A DNA stretch of 64,000 nucleotides from an uncultured virus (IMG/VR IMGVR_UViG_3300031688_001276) (lineage: Duplodnaviria > Heunggongvirae > Uroviricota > Caudoviricetes), in IMG/VR virus record IMGVR_UViG_3300031688_001276. The stretch is one strand, 5' to 3'. A program made the position numbers and the translations under genes. The number at the start of each line of letters is the position of its first letter. The stretch's first letter is position 1. This document shows positions 45,684 through 55,558 of the stretch, in pieces. The notes beneath the pieces were generated by a model. The model did no database searches and was not told the DNA's origin. It worked only from the letters and a program-made list of their open reading frames with translations.

Positions 45684-45943
45684 TATTAACTAGACTAGCT
45701 ATAGCATGTGTAACAGCAGTATTTGGAAACGCATTTAGTAAGTGGTTCTTTAGCACTAAAGTTGGTGCTTGGTTCCAAGTAAAAGTAAACAACATTATGT
45801 TCTACTTATCAGAAAAATACGATATAGAAATTGCCAAGAAGGAAGCAAAGTGGAGAGCAGATTATCCATTACTTGCTCAACGAATAGATAAACTAGAAGC
45901 TCAGGTGTACGACGAAGCCTCGCCATGGGAGACTCCCAAATGA
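45677..45943 (+). CDS. Small membrane-associated hypothetical protein
   Basis: Hydrophobic N-terminus; next to the spanins. Confidence 0.55.
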   Translation: MLILTRLAIACVTAVFGNAFSKWFFSTKVGAWFQVKVNNIMFYLSEKYDIEIAKKEAKWRADYPLLAQRIDKLEAQVYDEASPWETPK

Positions 45944-46308
45944 GCAAGATATTAATCGGTATTATACTTGCAATGGCAATGGCTTTTGGTGGTTACTACT
46001 GGTTGACAGAGAAAAGACTTACTGTTTTAACCGAGAACAATGCTAAACTATCAATAGCAGCTCAAACAAGTCAGCAAACAATAGATAAGCTAGCTGAGGA
46101 TTTTGAAAAAAATCAGGCGCTTACAAAGGAGTTAGGTATAAAACTAAAAGCATCAGAAGCTTATGGTGATAATCTAGCTAAGAAATTTAGAGAACATGAT
46201 TTAACAATGTTGACCCTAAGAAAACCTGGGTTAATTGAAAGGAGGGTGAATAGTGGAACAGCAAAGATTCTTGCGGATCTCGAGTCTAGCACTGCTACTG
46301 ATAATTAG
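45940..46308 (+). CDS. Inner-membrane spanin (Rz-like)
   Basis: N-terminal TM, coiled coil, KPGLIERRVN; overlapped by a lipoprotein gene. Confidence 0.7.
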   Translation: MSKILIGIILAMAMAFGGYYWLTEKRLTVLTENNAKLSIAAQTSQQTIDKLAEDFEKNQALTKELGIKLKASEAYGDNLAKKFREHDLTMLTLRKPGLIERRVNSGTAKILADLESSTATDN

Positions 46309-46654
46309 TAGTGGTTGTAGTCTTATACCAAATCAGGTAGAAATACAGACAAAATTTATAGAGAAACAAATACCAATACAAGGACACCCTAAAGGTTTAT
46401 CCCTGTATCCATTACAGTTTTATGCTGTAACTGAGGCAAACTTTGAAGAGTTTAAAGCTAAATTTGCAAAGGAAAATGGTGGTAGTCTAGTATACTTTGC
46501 AATGAGCGTCCCAGACTATGAGAACCTTTCAATGAACATGGGAGAGCTTAAACGCTACATAGAGCAACAGAAGACAATTATTGTATATTACGAACAATCT
46601 ATTACAGGAGTTAAAGCGGAAATAGTTTTGGAAGACACAAAGTCCAAAGACTAA
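46253..46654 (+). CDS. Outer-membrane spanin lipoprotein (Rz1-like)
   Basis: Lipobox LLLIISSG-C; YENLS.N..EL.RYI.QQ. Confidence 0.72.
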   Translation: MEQQRFLRISSLALLLIISSGCSLIPNQVEIQTKFIEKQIPIQGHPKGLSLYPLQFYAVTEANFEEFKAKFAKENGGSLVYFAMSVPDYENLSMNMGELKRYIEQQKTIIVYYEQSITGVKAEIVLEDTKSKD

Positions 46655-46672
46655 TCGTGTATAAATAAGAGT

Positions 46673-48133
46673 ATGAAGACATTTAAAGAGATAAGAGAAC
46701 ACTTAGCATCAGGTCGACCATTAAAGAAACCTGTTTCAAGCACATTGTTGAAAAACATTGCCAAGGACAACGAAGTTAAAGAGCTCAAATCTATAAAGAT
46801 GAAAGAAGAGAAAGGCAGAGGTCCTACAGGGATAGCTTATACAGTATCACAAGGCCATCCTGACGCAGAAGATCCTAAAACAAGAAAGAAGTATCCTGAA
46901 AGACAGTCAACTGAATACAAATCAAAATTCAACAAAGACAAGCCAGGCCTAAAGCAGTACACAGAAGAAAAAGCAGGCGATACATGTTCATGTTGTGATA
47001 GTAAGATTGACGACAAAGGATCATGCGGATGTGACTCTTCTTGTAAGCATTGTGGTGGATCACATAATATCACAGAGCTAAAAACACAAACACTATCTAA
47101 TTATATTAGAAAATCAGTATCACCTTTAAGTAAAAAATCAGTAGGTAATTTGGCTTCTAAAGGAGCTCACAAATTAGCACATTCAGATGATTTTGACGCA
47201 GGCGAGAAAGAAGACATGAAAAGTGTCCAAAGAGCCAAAGGCGTTATTAGAGCTACAAAGAAAATAGCTAAACGAGCACAAGCAAACGAGTCTTCAAGAG
47301 ACAATTACAATCCAGAAATTTCAGACAAACGTACAAAGGAAAAACTTAAGAAGGCAGGGTTGCCATCTGAGTCTCCTAAAGTAAACGGTGAACCCGGCGA
47401 AAAAGTAATGGAAGCTAAGAAACCGATAGTACACAGCACAAAGAAAGATAGTCTTAAGATGATTAAGATTAAATACAACAGCCCTATTAAAACAAAAGTA
47501 ACGGACATTGGAGCTGGTGGAAAAGAGTATGTTAGAAAAGATTGGTCTGAAGGCTACAATGCTAAAGACATGAAGGCAGATGAGAAAGAGCCTGATACAT
47601 TGCCTAAACTAAGTCCAGAGAAACAAATGGCAGCTATGAGAGCCAATAGGCAGTCGCCAAAGAAACAACCAGCACATGGTGTATTTGCTAAACATGGACG
47701 TGGAGCTGCTACAGGTATTAAAGAAGCTTCATCTAAAGAGATATTTAAAAAGAGAATGGCATCTAAACATCCAGATGACAATCCACAAGCAACAAAACGC
47801 ATTGATGACGACAAAGGTGGTATGAAGACTTATAAACTGCACCCAGGCGCTAAGTTTCAAAAAGGAACTGGCGACGTTTCACAAAAAGGTAAGACTGCAG
47901 CGATTAAGAAACAACACGAAAGACGTCCTGAAGAGTACGGTATTAAAGAAGCACAGAGACAACTAGTAACAAACCTAAACCAACAAGAAGGTGTAGGGGC
48001 TATGGTAAGACGTGGACTAGATAAAGTACGTGACACTATTAAAACAGCAGAAAACGATACAGGACTTAAAGTGGATGCCAGCAAAAATAAGATTGGCAAG
48101 AACCCACTTAAGGATTCGCAAAAAAAAAATTAA
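46673..48133 (+). CDS. Lys-rich late protein, probable internal head protein; may be fused to the next ORF by -1 frameshift
   Basis: TATAAATA-N5-ATG, MKTFKEIRE leader, repeated I/L-x-E sites, Cys cluster. Confidence 0.7.
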   Translation: MKTFKEIREHLASGRPLKKPVSSTLLKNIAKDNEVKELKSIKMKEEKGRGPTGIAYTVSQGHPDAEDPKTRKKYPERQSTEYKSKFNKDKPGLKQYTEEKAGDTCSCCDSKIDDKGSCGCDSSCKHCGGSHNITELKTQTLSNYIRKSVSPLSKKSVGNLASKGAHKLAHSDDFDAGEKEDMKSVQRAKGVIRATKKIAKRAQANESSRDNYNPEISDKRTKEKLKKAGLPSESPKVNGEPGEKVMEAKKPIVHSTKKDSLKMIKIKYNSPIKTKVTDIGAGGKEYVRKDWSEGYNAKDMKADEKEPDTLPKLSPEKQMAAMRANRQSPKKQPAHGVFAKHGRGAATGIKEASSKEIFKKRMASKHPDDNPQATKRIDDDKGGMKTYKLHPGAKFQKGTGDVSQKGKTAAIKKQHERRPEEYGIKEAQRQLVTNLNQQEGVGAMVRRGLDKVRDTIKTAENDTGLKVDASKNKIGKNPLKDSQKKN

Positions 48134-48216
48134 AAATTCCTAAATCCGCTCACAAGGATTTAAAGGCACTCTCCAAAAAAGACGATCACAATTGGTGGAA
48201 ACACCAAGACGCTTCG

Positions 48217-49593
48217 ATGCAGAAAGAAAATGTAGCTGCCATGTGGGCAGGCAAAATTCCTAAACCTGAAGATAGATTGAAATCTGGCATCAAAGTAGAC
48301 AGAAGTAAATTCAAATCGATTAAAGATTACAAAGTCTCCCTCAATAAAAAGGTAGACTACGATGCGTTAACTACTCAGAAAGAAGGCCACTGGCAAGATA
48401 AAAATGCCAAACAAAAAGAAACTCTTAAGAAACATGATAAGAGAATGATAGACTCAGCCAGAGCATCTATGGTGGCAGCGAAGAAGCCTAAGCAAGACGT
48501 ACGCAAATACATTAATGGCAAACCTGAAGGGTTTACAACAGAAGATGTTAGATACAATCCTACACCAGGCGGACATGAGTGGGGAACACCTCAAGGAACA
48601 GCTTACTACAAATCCTTAACACCAGGTGAAGGTAAAAAATCACTACCATTAAAGCCATTACCAATTAAAGCTAGAAAGCCTGAGAATGAAAAACAAACAT
48701 GGCGTCCTAAGAAGTCTGTTTACAAATCAGTATTAGAAGCATGTCATGTTGAAGACTTCAATATGAGATACGCAGATCCTGCTAACTTTGTAGGGTTTGA
48801 CCACATATCTGACAAACAAGCAGACCACAGTAAACACCGGTATCCTATTAACAACGAATTAGAAACATTCGATACAGGAGATGACGATCATTGGCTAACA
48901 GGTAAAGATGGCGAATGGTATATAGAAGACAACGACGTAACAGATTTAGAAAAAGAAGCAGAGAGTTTTACATTCGATAAAGCAGTAGACTTAGGTTTAT
49001 ATGACGATGACGAACTAGAAGATGAAGACTACGATGGCGATCCGTTAAATGATATAGACATAACGGAAGTTCTATCAGTACAAGGTCGTTTAAAAAGACG
49101 ATTCAATGCTAGACGTAACAAACAAAAATTAAGAGTTGCAAGGAACATAGCTTTAAGACGTGGTTCTACTCCAGACAGACTGAAGAAGAGAGCAACACGT
49201 GGAGCTAGGCTTATGGTATACAAACGACTACTAAGGGGTAGGGATAGAAGTGCTTTACCACCTGCAGAGAAGGCTCGTTTAGAAAGAATGATTAAGAAGT
49301 TTGCTCCGTTAGTTAGTCGTATATCTATTAAACTATTACCTCAAATGAGGAAGAATGAAATTAAACGTCTTACAGGAAGAGGTAAGAAACGTCCAGGACA
49401 TAGTAAGAAGTATAAAGCAGCTAAACCAGTACGTTCAGCATCTTCACAAAAGGCAAAGCGATATAAGATTAAATCAGGTGGTAAATATAAAGCACCTAAG
49501 GCTAAGAAATTTAAGTCAGCCCATGCTTCAGGTGGACCGACTCTTAAGAAGGCAAGTAAGGCATATAAAGCATTCTCATATTCAGTAGGCTAG
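48217..49593 (+). CDS. Probable internal head / prohead-core-like protein; frame open back to 48112
   Basis: E.GT...Y...TPG module; very basic C-terminal domain after ITE-VLS. Confidence 0.7.
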   Translation: MQKENVAAMWAGKIPKPEDRLKSGIKVDRSKFKSIKDYKVSLNKKVDYDALTTQKEGHWQDKNAKQKETLKKHDKRMIDSARASMVAAKKPKQDVRKYINGKPEGFTTEDVRYNPTPGGHEWGTPQGTAYYKSLTPGEGKKSLPLKPLPIKARKPENEKQTWRPKKSVYKSVLEACHVEDFNMRYADPANFVGFDHISDKQADHSKHRYPINNELETFDTGDDDHWLTGKDGEWYIEDNDVTDLEKEAESFTFDKAVDLGLYDDDELEDEDYDGDPLNDIDITEVLSVQGRLKRRFNARRNKQKLRVARNIALRRGSTPDRLKKRATRGARLMVYKRLLRGRDRSALPPAEKARLERMIKKFAPLVSRISIKLLPQMRKNEIKRLTGRGKKRPGHSKKYKAAKPVRSASSQKAKRYKIKSGGKYKAPKAKKFKSAHASGGPTLKKASKAYKAFSYSVG

Positions 49594-49611
49594 ACCTACA
49601 TAAATAACATT

Positions 49612-51177
49612 ATGAACCACGGAATTATATTAGGTGGTGTGGTTGATTATTATTATGATTCAATCAAACGAGCACCCGGCGCACATAAGATAGCAACACA
49701 TCTACGGAGACAAGGATGGGACGTTGAAGTTCTGGACTTTGTTCAATCGTGGACATTAGAACAATTACAACAATTTGCTAAACAACGAGTATCTAAGGAC
49801 ACAAAATTCTTAGGACTTAGCGCTACATTCTCAATACGATTCAAAACCCTATTTGAATTTGCCAGATGGTTTAAAGTGGAATACCCAGATATTCTAATCA
49901 TCGGAGGCTCTCAAGCATTCCATAATTGTGAAGGACTACCACTAGATTACATGGTACATGGGTACGGTGAATTGGCTATGGATGCTATTCTTAAAGGCAA
50001 CCCCACATATACAGAACATAAATGGCTAAATGGACACTCATTTAGGCGCGTAGACGCTACCCACAACTACATGGCAGCGCGTATGAAAGACCTAAGTACG
50101 CATTACGAGGATAGGGACTATATAGAGCCACAGGAGGTCCTCACAGTAGAGTTTGGGCGTGGTTGTATATTTAACTGCCACTTTTGTACCCTCACATACA
50201 GGAACATTAAAGACGATCACAGCAGGTCTGAGGACAACCTACACGATGAGCTGTTGGAAAATTACAACAGATGGGGTACAACTAATTACTCTATATCTGA
50301 TGAAACAGTCAACGATTACACAGAGAAATTAGAGAGATTTGCAGGAGCTATTAAGAAGCTACCATTCAAACCTAATATGACAGGTTATATTCGTGGAGAC
50401 TTGTTAGTATCTAAACCTAAAGATTGGCAAATGATAGAAGACATAGGGTTAACATCTCAGTTCTATGGTATAGAATCTTTTAACACACCCTCAGCGAAAT
50501 CTGTAGGTAAAGGCATGCACTCAGGCAAACTACAAGACGGCCTATTAGCATATAAAGAACACATGGAGAGTAGAGGATACTTTCAAGCACATTTAAGTTT
50601 AATTGCAGGACTACCACACGAAACTCTAGATACTCTTAGGGAAACAAAGAAATGGATAGACAATAATTGGGTAGGGCAATCATCACAAATAATGCCTTTA
50701 TGGATTCCAGATCAACATAGGATATATGAGGAACAGAGTAGGTTTGCCATGGACCCCGGTAAGTATGGATTCCAAAAGACAACAATGGAAGAGTCTAGTA
50801 ATGGATTCTGGGAAGACGGACCTCAAGGAAGGTTCGGAAATCTGTACAGAGGTATAAAATTTAGAGAAGACGAACAAGACGGTAAAGTAGTATACAATAC
50901 AGAAGAGAGTACATTCCAAGAAGAGATGTCTTTCATGAATTGGAAAAGTGCTACAACTAATCTATATCAAATGTTAAACTACTTAGAACATGAATGGTAC
51001 GTCCCAGGGCCTGCTTTAGAAGTAGAACCACCATTGCCGTTTTCATATCATAATTGGTTAATTAACCCAGAGTACAAGTGGTCAGATATGAGCAAACCTA
51101 AGGATAGTTTGCCACTACCTAAAGAGTTAGCTGCAGAGTTCATTCAATCATATATTAAGAAAAAGTTAAATCAATAG
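49612..51177 (+). CDS. Cobalamin-binding radical SAM enzyme
   Basis: N-terminal B12-binding-like domain (GAHKIATHLR..GW.VEV.D, IIGG, GYGE), RGCIFNCHFC, DET.N, GIESF, I.GLPHET. Confidence 0.85.
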   Translation: MNHGIILGGVVDYYYDSIKRAPGAHKIATHLRRQGWDVEVLDFVQSWTLEQLQQFAKQRVSKDTKFLGLSATFSIRFKTLFEFARWFKVEYPDILIIGGSQAFHNCEGLPLDYMVHGYGELAMDAILKGNPTYTEHKWLNGHSFRRVDATHNYMAARMKDLSTHYEDRDYIEPQEVLTVEFGRGCIFNCHFCTLTYRNIKDDHSRSEDNLHDELLENYNRWGTTNYSISDETVNDYTEKLERFAGAIKKLPFKPNMTGYIRGDLLVSKPKDWQMIEDIGLTSQFYGIESFNTPSAKSVGKGMHSGKLQDGLLAYKEHMESRGYFQAHLSLIAGLPHETLDTLRETKKWIDNNWVGQSSQIMPLWIPDQHRIYEEQSRFAMDPGKYGFQKTTMEESSNGFWEDGPQGRFGNLYRGIKFREDEQDGKVVYNTEESTFQEEMSFMNWKSATTNLYQMLNYLEHEWYVPGPALEVEPPLPFSYHNWLINPEYKWSDMSKPKDSLPLPKELAAEFIQSYIKKKLNQ

Positions 51178-51199
51178 TCTACGATGTATAAATACAAGT

Positions 51200-53044
51200 A
51201 TGAATGAGTTAAGAAATAATCTAAATATTCTACTAGAATCTGAGACCCAAACACAGCGTCTGGATAAGTTAATTAGACAAGGCATGATGCCAGCTAGACA
51301 ATTACCGATATTACATAGAGCATTAGCTAATATTAAAATGGGTAAAATTCTCGCTCCTTATGAGAGAGAAGCATTGTCAAGTTTATTGGATAAAATGATG
51401 GGGTTTCAATTTGGAGACGACGTCACTTATAATAGAGCTAGGTTACACACTCAAAAAACAAAATATCAAACCGAGGAGATTACAATGAGCGAAGAAGATG
51501 TAAAAGTTTTTGATGGCTCTGAGGACGACGAAGAAGCTAAACGTGACGACAAAGTTAAAAAGAAAGGTTCTTCTAAGCAAGCCAGAGATCAACAAAAGGA
51601 CGATGAAGTCCAAACACAAAAGGAACACGCAATAGCTGCTAATAGACCTTCAGACAAACATGAAGGCGAGCATGATGAGCGTCCAGTACAAGGTGGTTCA
51701 GTCAAACCTAAAATAGACGAACCAACCATTAAACAAGATTCTAAACCTTCTATTAAAGAAGGTCTTATTTCAGATTTAGATTCAGAAGGCATGAGACAGC
51801 GAGCTAACAGGCTTGGCAGAAAGTTCGGCAAACGATCTAAAGAAGACAAGTTAAAGGCTCTACCAGCAGCTCTTAGAAAAGAGAAACAAAAAGCTGGCGT
51901 TTCAGAAGAACTAGAAGCGTTTAACGAATTGTATAAAGAAAATTTAGAACGAGCATTGGCTAACAACAAAGTAGACAATGTTAGAGACATTCCAGAATCT
52001 ATTAAAGGATCTTTATTCAAGCATGTAGAAGAAGCTACATACTCAGACAAACATATTAAAATGGCTAAAGGCATAGCCTTTGACAAGAGATATCGAGGCA
52101 CTAATTATACCGGAGCAGCTAATGCAATGGATAAAATAAAGCCCGGCCTTTCATCCCACCCAGAAGTTTTACAACATCTCAAGCATGCTAACGAACAAGT
52201 GGAAAACCCATTAGAAGAAGGCGCACTTAAAGATTACGCCCATGGACATGGTTACTTTGACGACAGCGGTGAAGGAAAAAGAAAACGAGCAGATCCAAAC
52301 TGGTTGGACAAGCAAGGCGCACACGGCAAAAAAACTTTAGCATATCCTGAGAAGAAAGTAACTAAAAGAGCCGACGGTACAAAGACATTTAAAACAGAAT
52401 CTAAAATTGCTAAGAAAGACCATGATGGTGACGGCAAAGTAGAAACTAAAAAAGATGAGTACTTTGGTTCTAAAGACAAAGCGATTAAAAAGGCTATGAA
52501 AGAAAGCGAAGAAACAGATACAGATACACCTCATCAGAAAGCAGTTAAGAAGGCATTCAATCCTAATCAAGCTATTAGAGATGTTCACGCAACAGTTAGA
52601 GACGTATTAAGAGGCGGACATACTGCACAAGTATCAGATGTACCTTTAGTAACAGATCCTTCAATGGAACTGAATCAAGGCACAGGCAATCACTTTGACA
52701 ACGACGTGCAAGAAGGCGCCAAAGAAGACGCAATGAGAGACATTGCCAAAGATTCACATGGATTGGCACCAACTAAAAAGGACCCACCTAAAGCAGGTAA
52801 GTCTAAGCATGATGGTTCAGATAATAAAGGCCCAGACCACATAGTAGCTCAATTAAGAAAAGCTATTAGTCTAGGTGATAAACATGATGGTGTTAAATTC
52901 CAAGATGGAAAAACACATAAAGTTAAGGCACATCACGCACATAAATTTTTAAATAAATATATGTCTGGTAAGCCAGTAGACAAAGAGAAAATGCAGTCTC
53001 ATGGACATGCATCTCACGATAATTTTAAAACACATATAGATTAA
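51200..53044 (+). CDS. Charged late protein, probable internal head protein
   Basis: TATAAATA-N5-ATG; many x-x-E cleavage-like sites; DHDGDGKVE; His-rich C-terminus. Confidence 0.7.
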   Translation: MNELRNNLNILLESETQTQRLDKLIRQGMMPARQLPILHRALANIKMGKILAPYEREALSSLLDKMMGFQFGDDVTYNRARLHTQKTKYQTEEITMSEEDVKVFDGSEDDEEAKRDDKVKKKGSSKQARDQQKDDEVQTQKEHAIAANRPSDKHEGEHDERPVQGGSVKPKIDEPTIKQDSKPSIKEGLISDLDSEGMRQRANRLGRKFGKRSKEDKLKALPAALRKEKQKAGVSEELEAFNELYKENLERALANNKVDNVRDIPESIKGSLFKHVEEATYSDKHIKMAKGIAFDKRYRGTNYTGAANAMDKIKPGLSSHPEVLQHLKHANEQVENPLEEGALKDYAHGHGYFDDSGEGKRKRADPNWLDKQGAHGKKTLAYPEKKVTKRADGTKTFKTESKIAKKDHDGDGKVETKKDEYFGSKDKAIKKAMKESEETDTDTPHQKAVKKAFNPNQAIRDVHATVRDVLRGGHTAQVSDVPLVTDPSMELNQGTGNHFDNDVQEGAKEDAMRDIAKDSHGLAPTKKDPPKAGKSKHDGSDNKGPDHIVAQLRKAISLGDKHDGVKFQDGKTHKVKAHHAHKFLNKYMSGKPVDKEKMQSHGHASHDNFKTHID

Positions 53045-53056
53045 TAGGAGAATAAT

Positions 53057-53641
53057 ATGTCAAATTGGGGAGCAACAGACGCGGACGAAAGTAAGCCTAA
53101 GTATCTTACAACCGCTCAGAAAAAAGAAGTATTTGCTACAGCCCGTGGTTGGGAAGTAGAAGCAGGTTCTAAACAAACAGGTAACGGCAGGGCAACTGCT
53201 GATTCTGAGGTTTTAGTAGCTTTGTCTTCACTTGCAACAGCAATAGGTGCAGCAGATATTACACAAATAGAATGGATTACAACAGCAGCAGATAAGTCAG
53301 CAGGCTTTACGCTTTCAGCTAGAGTAAGATTCAATGAAGCAGTAGATGTAACAGGAACACCACAAGTATCAGTAGCCAACGGAAACGAAGGTACAGGCAC
53401 AGGTCGTGGACCACACTTACTCTCATACGCAAGTGGTACAGGTTCAAATGAATTAGTATTCTCACTTGTAGTAGCAGCAGCAAACGCAGCTACAGCAGCA
53501 GACGATGTACTTAGCATCGGAGCTAATGCACTTGGACTAAACTCAGGTACAATTAAAGATAAAGGAACTGCAACAGTTTCTACTATCACAAGTGTAGCGG
53601 GTATTGGTACAGCAGCTGGCACATTAACAGTAGTAGCTTAA
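53057..53641 (+). CDS. Virion structural protein (Ig-like beta domain)
   Basis: MSNWG, FNEAVDVTGTP, YASGTGSNELVF; AGGAG SD. Confidence 0.65.
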   Translation: MSNWGATDADESKPKYLTTAQKKEVFATARGWEVEAGSKQTGNGRATADSEVLVALSSLATAIGAADITQIEWITTAADKSAGFTLSARVRFNEAVDVTGTPQVSVANGNEGTGTGRGPHLLSYASGTGSNELVFSLVVAAANAATAADDVLSIGANALGLNSGTIKDKGTATVSTITSVAGIGTAAGTLTVVA

Positions 53642-53651
53642 GGAATAAATT

Positions 53652-54098
53652 ATGGCAGACAGTAAAGTATCAGCACTCACAGCAGCTACAGCAGCAGCTG
53701 GGGCAGACCAGACATACTTGGTACAGAGTTCAACCTCTAAATCAATTACAGTAGCCAAATTATTCGGGAATGTAGCAACACCAACTGTCTTTAATGATAA
53801 GATCGTCATTGGCGATCACGATACCATTACAGCAGCTGGTGTTCTTTCCATAGATACTAATGTAACTTTTATTAATGACCCCTCAGGGGCAGGAGCTTGT
53901 TCAATCGGAGCAGGCACAGACGGACAGATAAAGATAGTAATTATGTCTTCCAATAGTGGTGGCCATGCTATTACAATAGCAGGAAGTAACTTAGCTAATA
54001 CAATTACGCTAAATGCTTCAGGTAGATCTGCTCAAATGTTATATGATGCAGGATTAACTAAATGGTACTTTATTGGAGGTTCCGCTACGGTATCATAG
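53652..54098 (+). CDS. Virion structural / fibre-like protein
   Basis: MADSKVSALTAAT, GTDGQIK, W..IG; G/A/T-rich. Confidence 0.6.
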   Translation: MADSKVSALTAATAAAGADQTYLVQSSTSKSITVAKLFGNVATPTVFNDKIVIGDHDTITAAGVLSIDTNVTFINDPSGAGACSIGAGTDGQIKIVIMSSNSGGHAITIAGSNLANTITLNASGRSAQMLYDAGLTKWYFIGGSATVS

Positions 54099-54113
54099 GT
54101 TTATAAATATAGT

Positions 54114-54503
54114 ATGAAACAATTAAATGATGATAACTTTTTGATTTTTGCCATTAAACATTACAGGAACTCTTCTTGTACTGGCATGGCGGAATTAGAA
54201 GATGATTTGAAAAGGTTTAAATATTTGAAACGCTTGTTTAATCGATACGAGAAAACAGGAGACCCAAATGATAGACTTATTATAAATCATCTTACCCTAT
54301 TATATAATGTATTTGGTAATGGAACGACAGAGATGTTGTTTTTTAAATTAGAAGAAAAGTATTGGGTTAACCTTAAAACTTATCTTGTATTTTTAAATAG
54401 ATTGCCATTAGAAGAAGTATATAGTAGGACGTTACTACCTAAAAAGATAGTATCCGAAGTCCCTTTAAATGATGAATTAATAAAAATATTAAGGAATATT
54501 TAA
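54114..54503 (+). CDS. Conserved T4-like hypothetical protein
   Basis: NFLIFAIKHY, DLKRFKYLKRL, RLIINH...YNVFG; late promoter at 54102. Confidence 0.75.
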   Translation: MKQLNDDNFLIFAIKHYRNSSCTGMAELEDDLKRFKYLKRLFNRYEKTGDPNDRLIINHLTLLYNVFGNGTTEMLFFKLEEKYWVNLKTYLVFLNRLPLEEVYSRTLLPKKIVSEVPLNDELIKILRNI

Positions 54504-55028
54504 ATGAGTAGAGCATTAGACACAGTAGTAGGCTTTAGGATATTAAAACTTTTATCCACACCTATAGAAAAATCCAAAGCTTTTAAGCTAGGGATTGTTA
54601 ACGCCCAGGGTAAGAAACTCCGTAACCCTACAGGTAATGAGAAGAACGAATACACCTTCTTAAATAGGTTTGTCTACAAAATACAATTTGCTCTAATGAA
54701 ATCTTCTGATATGAATGCTAGAAGGCTATTATCCTTTGCAGCAGCTATGGCTCTGTTAAAAGAGTACAAGGAAGAGGACGATCATGTAGAGATAACATCA
54801 TTGCTAGAACTGCACATGTTAGACGAAACGGTACAACAGCAGGCTAGACTTTTAGAAAGAAAGATGTTATCATTTACAAACTACATGAACGAGATGAATG
54901 GAGTAGGTGGGGGAGCAGTAGCCGGTATCGGTGTTGGTCCTCAAGGAGAGCCAGGAAGAGACCCTGTGTTCATGCCAATGAATAGAAGACTAACTGGAAA
55001 AAAGAAGAAAAAGAATGCCAACAAGTAA
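54504..55028 (+). CDS. Conserved T4-like hypothetical protein
   Basis: FRILKLL.TP....AFKLGI....GK; Gly-rich C-terminus. Confidence 0.7.
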   Translation: MSRALDTVVGFRILKLLSTPIEKSKAFKLGIVNAQGKKLRNPTGNEKNEYTFLNRFVYKIQFALMKSSDMNARRLLSFAAAMALLKEYKEEDDHVEITSLLELHMLDETVQQQARLLERKMLSFTNYMNEMNGVGGGAVAGIGVGPQGEPGRDPVFMPMNRRLTGKKKKKNANK

Positions 55029-55491
55029 ACCATATGATGCCCAAATTGCTACAATCAAGGCAGATGTAGCTTCAATGGGTCACCTATTTGCTAAACTTGA
55101 TGATGCTATTGATAAGATAGGAAATGCAAGCGCTAATATAAGTGCTATTCTCGCAGTACACGATGAAAGAATAGATAATACAGAACGATTAGTAACCGAA
55201 CGACGAAAGGAATCTGCAGACGCAATTAAGGAACTTCATAGTCGTATATCAACCGCATCGAGGGAAAGAATGGACGAACATAGAGATGTCCGATCGGACA
55301 TGAAAACTTCGGAAGAGAAAATATTAGACGCTATCAACGCACTTAGAAAAGATGTTAATAGAGAACAATCTCATTTAGAAGACAGAATAGCTAAATTAGA
55401 ACAATGGCGATGGATTCTCATCGGTGTCCTAATTGCCGTATCAGCTTTAGCCCCTAATATGGGTAGTATTGCTGAATTCATGCTCAACTAG
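55015..55491 (+). CDS. Coiled-coil protein with C-terminal TM
   Basis: LAVHDERI, RI.KLEQWRW plus hydrophobic tail. Confidence 0.65.
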   Translation: MPTSKPYDAQIATIKADVASMGHLFAKLDDAIDKIGNASANISAILAVHDERIDNTERLVTERRKESADAIKELHSRISTASRERMDEHRDVRSDMKTSEEKILDAINALRKDVNREQSHLEDRIAKLEQWRWILIGVLIAVSALAPNMGSIAEFMLN

Positions 55492-55502
55492 AACTAATCA
55501 CA

Positions 55503-55553
55503 CCAAAAGGTACACAAACATATTGACATAAGCAGTCATAGGTCGTATAATAC
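55503..55553 (+). promoter_or_regulatory. Sigma70-type promoter for gp61
   Basis: CCAAAAGGTAC..TTGACA-N17-TATAATAC, 7 nt before the ATG. Confidence 0.8.
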
Positions 55554-55558
55554 TGGTT

